The position numbers and the translations under genes were made by a program. Below the pieces are notes generated by a model, which saw only the letters and a list, made by a program, of their open reading frames with translations, had not been told where the DNA came from and made no database searches. A DNA stretch of 64,000 nt from Macrostomum lignano (Eukaryota), in NCBI GenBank assembly GCA_002269645.1, contig NIVC01000261.1, positions 186,001-250,000 on the forward strand, given 5' to 3'. This document shows positions 14,630 to 32,070 of this stretch, piece after piece (positions within the stretch are counted from its first letter, which is position 1; the number at the start of each line of letters is the position of its first letter).

Positions 14630-15080
14630 TCCATGATATTGACTAGATTAGCAATCTATTCTACTCCAATTGATCTCAATTATATCGGCTAGATTAGCAA
14701 TCCATTCTTTTTTAATTCATCCCAATTATATTGGCTAGATTAGCAATCCATTCTTTTTTAATTCATCCCAATTATATTGGCTAGATTAGCAATCCATTCT
14801 TTTCCAATTGATCCCAATGATATTGGCTAGATTAGCAATCCATTCTATTCCAATTGATCCCAATGATATTGGCTAGATTAGGAATCCATTCTATTCCAAT
14901 TGATCCCAATGATATTGGCTAGATTAGCAATCCATTCTATTCCAATTGATCTCAATTATATTGACTAGATTAGCAATCCATTCTATTCCAATTGATCCCA
15001 ATGATATTGGCTAGATTAGCAATCCATTCTATTCCAATTGATCTCAATTATATTGACTAGATTAGCAATCCATTTTATTC
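14630..15080 (-). repeat. 46-bp minisatellite (about 10 units), inverted relative of the array at 1-130
   Basis: Unit GGCTAGATTAGCAATCCATTCTATTCCAATTGATCCCAATGATATT (14825 to 14871). Confidence 0.9.
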
Positions 15081-15459
15081 CACGTTGTGTGGATTGCGAT
15101 TCAAATATATTGTGTCAAATCTTTCCTAACTGAGAAAAATATAAATATGAACTTGGCATTTCGAGTTTTACGACACTGTCGCGGCTTATCGAAATCGAAG
15201 ATTGTAAAATCTCGTCTCGAATGTCTGCAGAGAGGGGGCAGGCAGGCCCCGAATCCGGCCAGCAAAACACTTCGATTTGAAACGTGATAAGCAAAAAAAT
15301 AAATTTCATGATGTGGGGGATTTGGTGCAGCCATGCTGGACTATAAAAATTAATAATTTTTTAGCCATGATAATAAACATCTGTCCCGGCTTTTTCAATT
15401 CAGAAACTGTTGGGATGGTTTATAATAGAAAAAAACTCAGACGATAGATTAATTGTTAC

Positions 15460-19860
<4,401 letters not shown>

Positions 19861-20244
19861 TGTCACTGCAAAATACCGTTAGGTACCCCATGTTCCTAGA
19901 TACACAATACATGCATATTCAATATAGCATTACATGCACCGAAGACAAACCTTAATGACCTTCAAGAGTTATCATTCGCAGGGCAGCCAGCCTAATAATC
20001 CCTTTCCGAAGTCAGGCTATGCAGCACACGCAAAATTTCCTAAGACCTTAATGCGAAATTTTACGATATCAGTCAGCCTCTCCCTGCCGCTAATCTATGA
20101 TTGCCTTATCAGTGCTGGCATGTACGGGGCGCCATCTTATTTGAGGGTTGCCTATGCTGACTGATCCCTCATCAGATACTAATGTATATTTCTGCTCTTT
20201 GTTACTAGAATGAAAAGTTACGCATCTCATTTTTGAGAAGACTG

Positions 20245-20515
20245 CTCTACTTCTCTCTGTCGACTTTGTCGACTTCTACTTGTCTGATTCTATTATTTTA
20301 CGCGTCTACTTCTATTCTTCTATTTTCTATCTGTCTATTTCTCCCCATATTTACTTCTCTTCCTAACTATTTGCTTCCGTGTCTACTTCTCCAGTCTACT
20401 TCTCTCTCTGTCTACTTCTCTCTCTGTCTATATGTACTTCTCTCTGTGTCTACTTCTCTATTTGTATACCTCTTTCTCTTTCAGCTGCTCTTTGCGTCTA
20501 CTTCTCTTCCTACAG
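20245..20515. repeat. Pyrimidine-rich degenerate TCTACTTCTC repeat
   Basis: Direct inspection. Confidence 0.7.
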
Positions 20516-20761
20516 TTCAGTGTTCAGTTCCACTCATCAAAGAGAAATTTTCGTCAAGTTGAGCTGGTCCGCACTCCACTTTCAGACTGACCCCCCACGC
20601 TTAGCTTTCCATGGCAACTAATACTGCGAGTCCCTCTGAATAATTAATTATTGTTATTAAATTGGGTCTCGGAGCAAGCACTTGTGGGGCAGCAGCTTTT
20701 TCTCTGCCATGGACGTCTTGAGTTTAGTATCTGGATAGGAAAAAAATTATGTGAAAGTTCT

Positions 20762-21737
20762 AGAGTCTGACCCCATTGAAATGAGAGCAACGACAGTCTC
20801 ACCCCATTGAAATGAGAGCAACGAGAGCCGGACCCCATTGAAATGAGAGCAACGAGAGTCTCACCCCATTGAAATGAGAGCAACGAGAGTCTCACTCCAT
20901 TGAAATGAGAGCAACGAGAGTCTCACCCCATTGAAATGAGAGCAACGAGAGTCTGACCCCATTGAAATGAGAGCAACGAGAGTCTGACCCCATTGAAATG
21001 AGAGCAACGAGAGTCTGACCCCATTGAAATGAGAGCAACGAGAGTCTCACCCCATTGAAATGAGAGCAACGAGAGTCTCACCCCATTGAAATGAGAGCAA
21101 CGAGAGTCTCACCCCATTGAAATGAGAGCAACGAGAATCTCACCCCATTGGAATGGCAGGAACGAGAGTCTCACCCCATTGGAATGGCAGGAATGAGAGT
21201 CTCACCCCATTGGAATGGTAGGAACGAGAGTCTCACCCCATTGGAATGGCAGGAACGAGAGTCTCACCCCATTGGAATGGCAGGAACGAGAATCTCACCC
21301 CATTGGAATGAGAGCAACGAGAGTCTCACCCCATTGGAATGGCAGGAACGAGAATCTCACCCCATTGGAATGCCAGAAACGAGAATCTCACCCCATTGGA
21401 ATGCCAGAAACGAGAATCTCACCCCATTGGAATGGCAGGAGCGAGAATCTCACCCCATTGGAATGAGAGCAACGAGAATCTCACCCCATTGGAATACCAG
21501 AAACGAGAATCTCACCCCATTGGAATGCCAGAAACGAGAATCTCACCCCATTGGAATGGCAGGAGCGAGAATCTCACCCCATTGGAATGAGAGCAACGAG
21601 AGTCTCACCCCATTGGAATGCCAGAAACGAGAATCTCACCCCATTGGAATGGCAGGAACGAGAATCTCACCCCATTGGAATGAGAGTAACGAGAATCTCA
21701 CCCTTTCTGAGCGAACGGCAGGAGAATCTCACCCTTT
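20762..21737. repeat. 31-bp minisatellite, about 31 copies, two sub-blocks
   Basis: GAGTCTCACCCCATTGAAATGAGAGCAACGA, then GAATCTCACCCCATTGGAATG(GCAGG/CCAGA)AACGA; no spacers. Confidence 0.95.
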
Positions 21738-22039
21738 TAAGTGAAATGATTTCTCCCGTGAGCCAAAGCCAAGTAATCCAGTTCCAGATTTTTAATTTCA
21801 GGTCTCCATGGCTTCTTAAGAGCAGGTGAGGTCAAATCCTGCTCACCTTTCCTTTTCCTTCGGCATCGATTCCCCCCTCACCAAGCTTTCACGGTCAAAC
21901 AATTTTCAATGAGCCGCCAGAGCAGGTCAGAGGGATTTATCCCAAGGGATTTTGTCTGAAGATTGAAGTTGACCGGTCTGACAAAAGTCAAAAGCCGAGG
22001 TTCGCTCGAGTTCGTTCAGATAAATAAACTTCCTTTCTA

Positions 22040-22430
22040 ACTGAATCCCCCCTTTACCTGAACTCCCCTTTACCTGATTTCGTTTAACCTGAATTTCCCT
22101 TCACCGAAACCCCCCCCCCTTACCTAAATTGCCCTGACCTAAATTCCCTTTTTCTGAATCCCCATTTCACCTGAATTCCCCTTCACCTGAATTTCCTTTC
22201 ACTTGAATTCCCTTTCACCTGAATTCCCCTTAACCTGAATTCCCATTCACCTGAATTCCCCTTCACCTGAATTCCATTTCACCTGAATTCCCCTTCACCT
22301 GAATTCCCCTTCACCTGAATTCCCCTTCACCTGAGTTCACCCTTTACCTGAGTTCACCCTTCACCTGAGTTCACTTTTCACCTGAATTTCGTTTCCCATT
22401 AATTCCCTTTCACCTGAATTCCCCTTCACC
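22040..22430. repeat. 16-bp minisatellite (CACCTGAATTCCCCTT)n, degenerate
   Basis: Direct inspection. Confidence 0.85.
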
Positions 22431-22870
22431 GCTAAATTACTTCGTGATTTCCCAAACCAAAAAGTTCCCCCCAGATACCCCCGAATTTTTCTTTATTTTC
22501 CTTTGTTCATCGACTTTTAATATTAAACAGAGAAAACCAGTGAGCGTTATTTGCCATGTAGTGCACGTCTCAAATGGCAGTGGAGCATGGTGTTAAAAAA
22601 TATATGTATTTAGTTTTGTTACACAACAATCATATCTAATTGCAGAATTACAAGCATAAACAATTACATGCATGATAATTCGTTTTAAATACGCGTTCTA
22701 AATTTAAACCAAAACCATTTAACCAATCACTTCCAAGATTCAGAAACGTTAAAAAATCTTATGAACTTGTACATGAAAAATATCTTCGTTTGGTCATCTG
22801 TGATGGTAACAATCTTTAGGGCTTGAAAAAATCTTCCGAATGAAAACTTACAAGAATTTTCAAGAACAAA

Positions 22871-23848
22871 GTTTCTATGACCCAAAGTGTCTATGACCCA
22901 AAGTGTCTATGACCCAAAGTGCCTATGACCCAAAGTGTCTATGACCCAAAGTGTCTATGACCCAAAGTTTCTATGACCCAAAGTGTCTATGACCCAAAGT
23001 GTCTATGACCCAAAGTGCCTATGACCCAAAGTGTCTATGACCCAAAGTGTCTATGACCCAAAGTGCCTATGACCCAAAGTGTCTATGACCCAAAGTGTCT
23101 ATGACCCAAAGTTTCTATGACCCAAAGTTTCTATGACCCAAAGTGTCTATGACCCAAAGTTTCTATGACCCAAAGTGCCTATGACCCAAAGTGTCTATGA
23201 CCCAAAGTGTCTATGACCCAAAGTGCCTATGACCCAAAGTGTCTATGACCCAAAGTGTCTATGACCCAAAGTGCCTATGACCCAAAGTGCCTATGACCCA
23301 AAGTGTCTATGACCCAAAGTTTCTATGACCCAAAGTGTCTATGACCCAAAGTTTATATGACCCAAAGTGCCTATGACCCAAAGTGTCTATGACCCAAAGT
23401 GTCTATGACCCAAAGTGCCTATGACCCAAAGTGTCTATGACGAAAAGTTTCTATGACCCAAAGTGTCTATGACCCAAAGTGTCTATGACCCAAAGTGTCT
23501 ATGACTCAAATTGCCTATGACCCAAAGTGTCTATGACCCAAAGTGCCTATGACCCAAAGTGCCTATGACCCAAAGTGTCTATGACCCAAAGTGCCTATGA
23601 CCCAAAGTGCCTATGACCCAAAGTGTCTATGACCCAAAGTGTCTATGACTCAAAGTGTCTATGACCCAAAGTGTCTATGACTCAAAGTGCCTATGACCCA
23701 AAGTGTCTATGACCCAAAGTGTCTATGACCCAAAGTGCCTATGACCCAAAGTGTCTATGACCCAAAGTGCCTATGACCCAAAGTGTCTATGACCCAAAGT
23801 GCCTATGACCCAAAGTGTCTATGACCCAAAGTAATGTCTATGACCCAA
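22871..23848. repeat. 16-bp minisatellite (CTATGACCCAAAGTGT)n, about 60 copies
   Basis: Direct inspection. Confidence 0.97.
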
Positions 23849-24419
23849 ATTGGGTCTGACACAGACAGTGTTTCTAACTAAAAAATGTGGGTCGATGACC
23901 CTAGCTACATCATGACCCTAAATTGTCCAACGCGCTTCAAGTTTTTGCATGACACGAAAAAATTGTAACAATATCTGGTAATACGAGCGTAAGTATTTAC
24001 AATTACATGCAAAGCAACAACGGCGTAATCCATAAAATTTACAAAATTTCTATAGTTTGCAAAAATGCTGGCCATTTTTTGAATTGTCCAAATTTCATGT
24101 GTCGATTGGACTTAATCTATAAACACTTGTAAAATGCTCAATTTACCTAATAGAAGAATTCCATTATTCCCAAAAGCAAAGCAAATAGATCCGTTTAAAC
24201 AGGGTGGCACAACAATAAGGAGAACAGATAAACATATTGACGCAAAAATGACTACATTTAGTTAAACTGCTAAGGGGGCTTAAACAGTAAATCATAACTG
24301 TTAGACACATTTACACACTTACAAACTTCCTTGCTGAGTGAGAACTGTCTTTTCGAGATGGTTTGACAACATTAAAATTGTCCGTTGGGCATGACTTCAT
24401 GAAGATTTTCCTTGCTGAC

Positions 24420-24980
24420 AATCCTTATCTGACAACCCTCCTTATCTCACAACCCTCCTTATCTGACAACCCTCTTATCTGAAAACCCTCTTATCTGACA
24501 ACCCTCCTTAGCTGACAACCCTCCTTATCTGACAACCCTCCTTATCTGACGACCCTTCCTATCTGACAACCCTCCTTATCTGACAACCCTCCATATCTTA
24601 CAGCCCTCCTTATCTCAAACCCTCTTATCTGACAACCCTCTTTATCTGACAACCCTCCATATCTTACAACCCTCCTTATCTGGCAACCCTCTTATCTGAC
24701 AACCCTCCTTATCTGACAACCCTCTTATCTGACAGCCCTCCTTATCTAACAACCCTCCTTATCTGGCAACCCTCTTATCTGACAGCCCTCCTTATCTGAC
24801 AACCCTCTTATCTGACAGCCCTCCTTATCTGACAACCCTCCTTATCTGACAACCCTCCTTATCTGACAACCCTCCTTATCTGACAACCCTCCTTATCTGA
24901 CAGCCCTCTTATCTGACAACCCTCTTATCTGACAACCCTCCTTATCTGACAGCCCTCCTTATCTGACAACTCTCTTTATC
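24420..24980. repeat. 17/16-bp minisatellite (CTTATCTGACAACCCTC)n
   Basis: Direct inspection. Confidence 0.93.
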
Positions 24981-25182
24981 TGGTAACCATCATAGCTCAC
25001 AAAATTAGAAATCTGACAGTACCCTAAATAGCTGACAACCTACAAGTCAACCTACAACTAAGTCCCTGTTTTCTGACAACCCTTTAACACTGTATTGAAA
25101 ACCGCAACACCAGATTAATTCAACATGTGAGCGCATGCAAAATCAGGAAACAAATCTAATTCAAACTCAGAGATCCATCGGT

Positions 25183-26559
25183 TCAGAGCCGGTCCTCCTG
25201 TTGCAGTCGTTGAATCGCTGCCTGCAGTTCGCTGTGCGGAATCCGCTGAGAATTGCCGCTAGTCCTGGCCCTGCTGCCGCCGAACTCACTCAAGGACATC
25301 TGGTAGCCGATCGGGGTCAGAGTGCCTGCAGCAGCAGCCGCCGTTGTCGAGGTGGCCATGGGAGTCAGCGAGCTGAGTAGGCCGGAGCTGCCGCCCATGC
25401 CTCCAGTGTCCAGAGCCACTCCGCTGCCTCTCGGCCGTCCGGCCCTGGCCTGCACCAGATGGTGCTGACAATTGCCCATCGTGGACCTCGGATGCGAGCC
25501 CGTGCCGCCAAAGGCTGCCGCAGCCGCCGCCCTGCCGCAGAAGATCCTGTACAGAATCTGCTTGGATTTCTGGCGAAAGATTTTACCAGCGGCGCAGTAG
25601 AATACCCAGTTGAGGCTAGCGTTGAGGAAGCACAGCGATCTGAACAGATAATAATAGAACTTGTGCAAACTTTTCGCTATGTTGATGCCCACTTTGTTCT
25701 CCAATCGAAAGTTCAAGTCCATCATGTAGATTAGCAGGGGAAATGTGGTGCACAGGTAGAACAGGTTAATGCAAACCAACAGACGGGTGACGTGAGCGCC
25801 CTGGTCCGAGCCATGCCTCCGTCCGCCGATCAGAGCTGGCGGTTTAGGCGTCCGAGACTCTCTTCGTTCGTCCTTCGGCTTGTTGGCCTTGAACTGGCGG
25901 CCCCGCTTGTAGGCCACAAGCCGGTAGGAGATGCAGCCGGTGCAGATCAGCATGGAGGCCAGCGGGATGATGCCCCAGACAATCAAGTGCACCAGGGTCG
26001 TCACATAGTAGAACCATTTGTCCACTGGTTCGCAGTCGTCTCGCTCTCCGATGTGCCAATAGAGCAGGTAGGTAATGTTGGGGAAGAGCAGCAGCAGAGT
26101 GAGGCAGCCCCAGATTATGAACACTCGTTGACTGCTCAGCAGAGTTCGAGCGCGTAGCGGCGACGCAATGAATACGAGGCGTTGCACGGAGATTGCGGCC
26201 TGGTTGTAGGCGCTCCAGTAAAAGAAGAAGTTGCTCACGTAGACCTGCATCTTGCAGATAACCAAGCCTTGATCGCGGAAGTCGTAACCAAATGCCTGCT
26301 TGATGAACATTCGTCCAGCGTCCCAGATGAGGATCATGAAGTCGCCGAAGCAGATGCTAACTAACCAGACCTGGATGATTTTGGGGAACATTTTCGACAT
26401 GAAGATGAACAAGGTGCAGAACAAGCCGCCAATGGTGCCAACAAGCAGCACTAAAGGCAAGTACCAGCTCAGAAAGTAGCGATCCAAATTTGTGAACAAT
26501 AATTTTCCCAGCTTCTCCTGCTGGTCCAGATCTGTGAAATTGTTTTCTGTAGAATTCAT
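25183..26559 (-). CDS. Intronless class A (rhodopsin-like) GPCR, peptide-receptor-like orphan, 458 aa
   Basis: Seven hydrophobic segments; N-terminal sequons NST/NFT after the ATG at 26559 (the ORF-track start at 26613 is GTG). TM2 Asp (ICFGD), TM3 Cys and SVQRL..PL, TM5 Pro (WGIIP), TM6 FYLCTTFP, TM7 NASLNWVFY followed by GKIFR; Ala/Gly/Ser-rich tail. Confidence 0.93.
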   Translation of the reverse strand: MNSTENNFTDLDQQEKLGKLLFTNLDRYFLSWYLPLVLLVGTIGGLFCTLFIFMSKMFPKIIQVWLVSICFGDFMILIWDAGRMFIKQAFGYDFRDQGLVICKMQVYVSNFFFYWSAYNQAAISVQRLVFIASPLRARTLLSSQRVFIIWGCLTLLLLFPNITYLLYWHIGERDDCEPVDKWFYYVTTLVHLIVWGIIPLASMLICTGCISYRLVAYKRGRQFKANKPKDERRESRTPKPPALIGGRRHGSDQGAHVTRLLVCINLFYLCTTFPLLIYMMDLNFRLENKVGINIAKSLHKFYYYLFRSLCFLNASLNWVFYCAAGKIFRQKSKQILYRIFCGRAAAAAAFGGTGSHPRSTMGNCQHHLVQARAGRPRGSGVALDTGGMGGSSGLLSSLTPMATSTTAAAAAGTLTPIGYQMSLSEFGGSRARTSGNSQRIPHSELQAAIQRLQQEDRL

Positions 26560-28804
26560 TGCTAGTATAAGATTCGAAAGGCTCAAGACTTGAATTGTGT
26601 TGAAGAGCTTCACCCTATCCAGTCAGTTCGCAGACTTATGATGAAGCTACATTATGTCTCTGTGTCCTTGCCGAAGCCTGACTGGCTTGTGGAGTTGAAG
26701 ACCAATGGGTAGAGGGGGGGCGTCTGTGACTCTGTCTCTCTCTCTCAGGAAGTGATGTTGTTGCACTCGTTCGGTCTGCACACTGCAGCACGAATGAAGT
26801 TGTTGGACCCGCCCAGCTTCACTAAATTAGTCTTATAGATATTTAGATTTGATTTCTAACGAGTAAAAGACGCGGCAAGTTTCAAGCCTGACTCGCACTG
26901 TCTGCATGCATCATCTGCATCAGTCCAGTATGCACGATTTGCAGTACATTACATGTCGAATTATTTTGCTTGAATCTAGATATCACAATACTAGAGTAAT
27001 GCTGACTACGATATAAAGCCATGTACACAAGCAGGCTGATATATGAGATTAAGCAGGCTGCTATCCAATGCAGAGAGCCATATGCAGCGAAAAACACTGG
27101 ATAGACTTGCATATACAATAAGCCCATGCAGGCTATGCAAGGCTGAAGGCAAATATAGGGCGGTTGTTGGCCACCCACCAACCCTGCCCCGTTTTCGCAT
27201 GATAGATTAGTGGGATTAGAAAACTATTATAAGCGTCACTTCCCATGCATTCTGCCGATGTATATGGGGAAAAAGTGAAGGCTTTGAAAAGCGATGTTGG
27301 GATGAAATGGGGCAGAGTGAAGCTGGGAGCTTGCAGGCAGAAATAAAAGACCCTATCAACGACTGGATAAGGGTTAGGCACTTTGTAGTGGAACCAACAA
27401 GAGTGGAACCAACAATCGTAGGAAAGTACATGTATCCCGACTGACGAGATGAAAGACCCAGATCACTACCCGTGCAGCAGAGATCTGTCGGCACCGAGCA
27501 CGTTGGGTAACGTTGGCAGACATCTAAATGTGCCAGTTGGTTCTTTGCCAAATAAATTTGATTCAAAGAGTTAGAAATTCTATTTTTTTCCCTGCAGTAA
27601 ATCGCTTGAAAAATTGAATTGTCTCAGAACAAGTGGATGGCCGCCGACTTAATTATATTCAGTTGGGCGGCGGCACTGGCGGAGGCAGCCCATCGGCACG
27701 CAACGTCAGACACGTAAAATTGTGGAATTATGTATGAGTCTGGACTGAAAGCAGAAAGGCGGCATTGGGCCGGCAGCTCAACGGTCAGAAGATTAAAATT
27801 TTTCCCGCATCCTCATGGGTATTGGAATGTGAAATTAAGCAAAGAATGGGGCTTCCCTTCCAAGCGATCGAACGCGTGGAACAAGTCGCTACAGTTGACA
27901 AGAAATGCGTGGGTGTTGTGTCCGTGCGACCTACTTTCATTCTGTCAGCCTGCCAGAACTACTGGAGACTGACTGCCAAAGGCACTAAATACTAAACGGG
28001 ATTATTTATGTTAGAATTCCGTCTGCAGCCTCAGTGACTTTCCAGTCAAGAGACAAGCTAACACAATAAGAATTGTAAATGACGCTACTAAGGCATATCA
28101 AGTAAGCTTCAAAGAAAGATTTTGCTTTTTTACTTGTAACTATAAAGCTGTTTTAGACTGTTATAAGATCGTAAACTTTGTCAACTTGATGCTTCATCAC
28201 GCAAAACTTACTGGTCTAAATTTACACCTAATTTTACATGCACGTAAACAACCGGACGGTGTCTTCGAAATTCAGCAGTGAACTCTGCCCCAGGAAATTT
28301 AACAGAGAAAGTTTTATTCACATATTAGATAGTATTTCTATGTTTATGTTGCGTAATCAGTTTAGCCAGGTGCACATTTTGCACATTTTAGCTGTAAATC
28401 GAACCTTGACAGTAGCAACTTAGAAAAAGCACCTTCCAAACATTGATTCGCTATTGGGTTAACAAGCAGAACGGAATTAAAAGAAAACAGGCGATGTGGA
28501 GCGAAAAAAATTATATCTGGAAGCTGAAGCCAGCTGAAACGTGACGTTCATTCTGTGCAAACTGCATCTTTGCAGAGCCGCCGCGCTGGAGGAAGGGTTC
28601 AATATTAGCTCAACAGCTGCGTGTACTTAAGATAGAGCTTTTGGCTTTCAAAAACCAATTTTTTCATGCTTAGTCAATGTCGTAGACTATATAATGTATA
28701 CATAACATTTTAGCTAATATCGAATTTCTTCAGAGCAGCACATGTGAAGAAGCATCATCTACCAACAACTGATTTAAAAACGACTAACTCAGAGATATTC
28801 TCTG

Positions 28805-29165
28805 ACCCACTCGATGTACACTGCGGGCATAGACTGAATTTGAGTGAGAGGGTATTTGTACACTCGATAAACTCTGCGGCCATAGACTGAGTTTGAGTGA
28901 GAGGATATTTGCACACTCGATGTACACTGCGGCCATAGACTGAATTCGAGTGAGAGGATATTTGCACACTCGATGTACACTGCGGCCATAGACTGAATTT
29001 GAGTGAGAGGATATTTGCACACTCGATGTACAGTGCGGCCATAGACTGAATTCGAGAGAGAGGATATTTGCACACTCGATGTACACTGCGGCCATAGACT
29101 GAATTCTAGAGAGGGTATTTGCACACTCGATGTACACTGCGGCCATGACTGAATTTGAGGGGATA
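28805..29165. repeat. 53-bp minisatellite, about 7 copies
   Basis: GCACACTCGA recurs at 28911 and 28964; unit GCACACTCGATGTACACTGCGGCCATAGACTGAATT(C/T)GAGTGAGAGGATATTT. Confidence 0.93.
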
Positions 29166-29639
29166 AGAGATTTGCACAGTTGTGTTAAAATGTTAAATGC
29201 TATATGTTAAAAGAAACGAAACAAGCGTAAAAGTGCATAAAAGGTAGTAGTGCCACAGTGACCCCCCGGTCACACATTTTTAGCCTTAGTTTATTTCGTA
29301 CTATCATGAGTTCGCTGAGCCTGCTGATTAATAATAGGAAAAAATCAATTAACTGATAAAATTTCGGGATCAGAGAACTGTATTTCCTGAGTTCCCAGTC
29401 AGATAAACTGCAGCATACAACAGAATCCGAGATCTTCTTGAGTGCTCAGTTAAGAAAATACTTTGCGCACGAACGTTGAACTTTATTCGACTTAGAGGCA
29501 TTTGCGACAGCCAATAGTGATAAATCAGTTGGGACAAGATACGTTTTTCAAGGCTCACCAGCTTAAGTTAGACCAAAGACTGTTTGAGAACGACGTTTGA
29601 TAAAATTGATCATCTGTAAACTACAATTCAGGATGCTTA

Positions 29640-29935
29640 GACTTGACTGCAACAGATCCTTCAGGACCTTCAGGCTTGACTGCAACAGATCCTTCAGGAC
29701 CCTCAGTCAACAGATCCTTCAGGACCCTCAGGCTTGACTGCACGGATCCTTCAAAACCCTCAGGCTTACCTGCAACAGATCCTTCAGGACCCTCAGTCAA
29801 CAGATCCTTCAGGACCCTCAGTCAACAGATCCTTCAGGACCCTCAGTCAACAGATCCTTCAGGACCCTCAGGCTTGACCGCAACAGATCATTTAGGACCC
29901 ATTCAGGCCTGACTGCAACAGATCCTCTGGGACCA
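29640..29935. repeat. Mixed 33/25-bp minisatellite with core CAACAGATCCTTCAGGACCCTCAG
   Basis: Direct inspection. Confidence 0.9.
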
Positions 29936-30534
29936 ATCTTTCTAGACCATAAATTAAACGATTAGTGATCTACAGACGCAACTATCATAGGCTTCATACT
30001 CTAATATTAATAGTGCAGATGATGAATATAAAACCGCCCAGAAAACCTTCCTATAAGAGTGGTCAAACATTGAGACAGGAACCCGTGAGAACATTCACTC
30101 AAATCTATTCCATTGATTGAGTGCGACTTTATGCTGATGACAATTCTACATGCGAAAGTGGCAAACTCTGCTGTGCTAATGCAGCCAGTTCCGGTCAGCT
30201 TATTGTCCGAGAGAGGCAGCTGCAGCTAGTAAAACCTTTGTTCACAGCTTCGTCCAAGCGTTCTGTGTTGTTTGAGGCATAATGAGTCCTCTCTGGTTTG
30301 TGCGTTGGCTATCAAGTCTTCCCATTAATACAAGCCATCTCATCCGTCTAGCATATTCTGATTGTGAATGCAAAAATGCTTTTATTGCCTGCGACCAAAC
30401 AGAAGATTAATCGGATTGAGTTGGGACGGATTTGAAGCCCCAGTTCTGGCAATATCGGCTGCGCTGAACTGCATTGCACCAACGCGTCTCTATTCAGTCA
30501 TGGTGCTCTAAAACTAGGGGGTTCTGGGTTTTAG

Positions 30535-32070
<1,536 letters not shown>

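Noticed and set aside
20762-21737. CRISPR-like 31-bp repeat containing ATTGAAA and a small hairpin
   Set aside because: Units are head-to-tail with no unique spacers, there are no cas genes, and the context is intron-containing eukaryotic DNA.
21802-21825. Possible 24-bp micro-exon (tttcag|...|gtgagg) on the + strand
   Set aside because: No partner exons or host gene identified; such signals occur by chance.
25135-26364. Several + strand ORFs overlapping the GPCR
   Set aside because: Antisense shadows of a GC-rich coding region with no recognisable motifs.
29255-29275. GTGACC-CCCC-GGTCAC hairpin as a Helitron 3' end
   Set aside because: No CTRR terminus at the expected distance and no other Helitron evidence.
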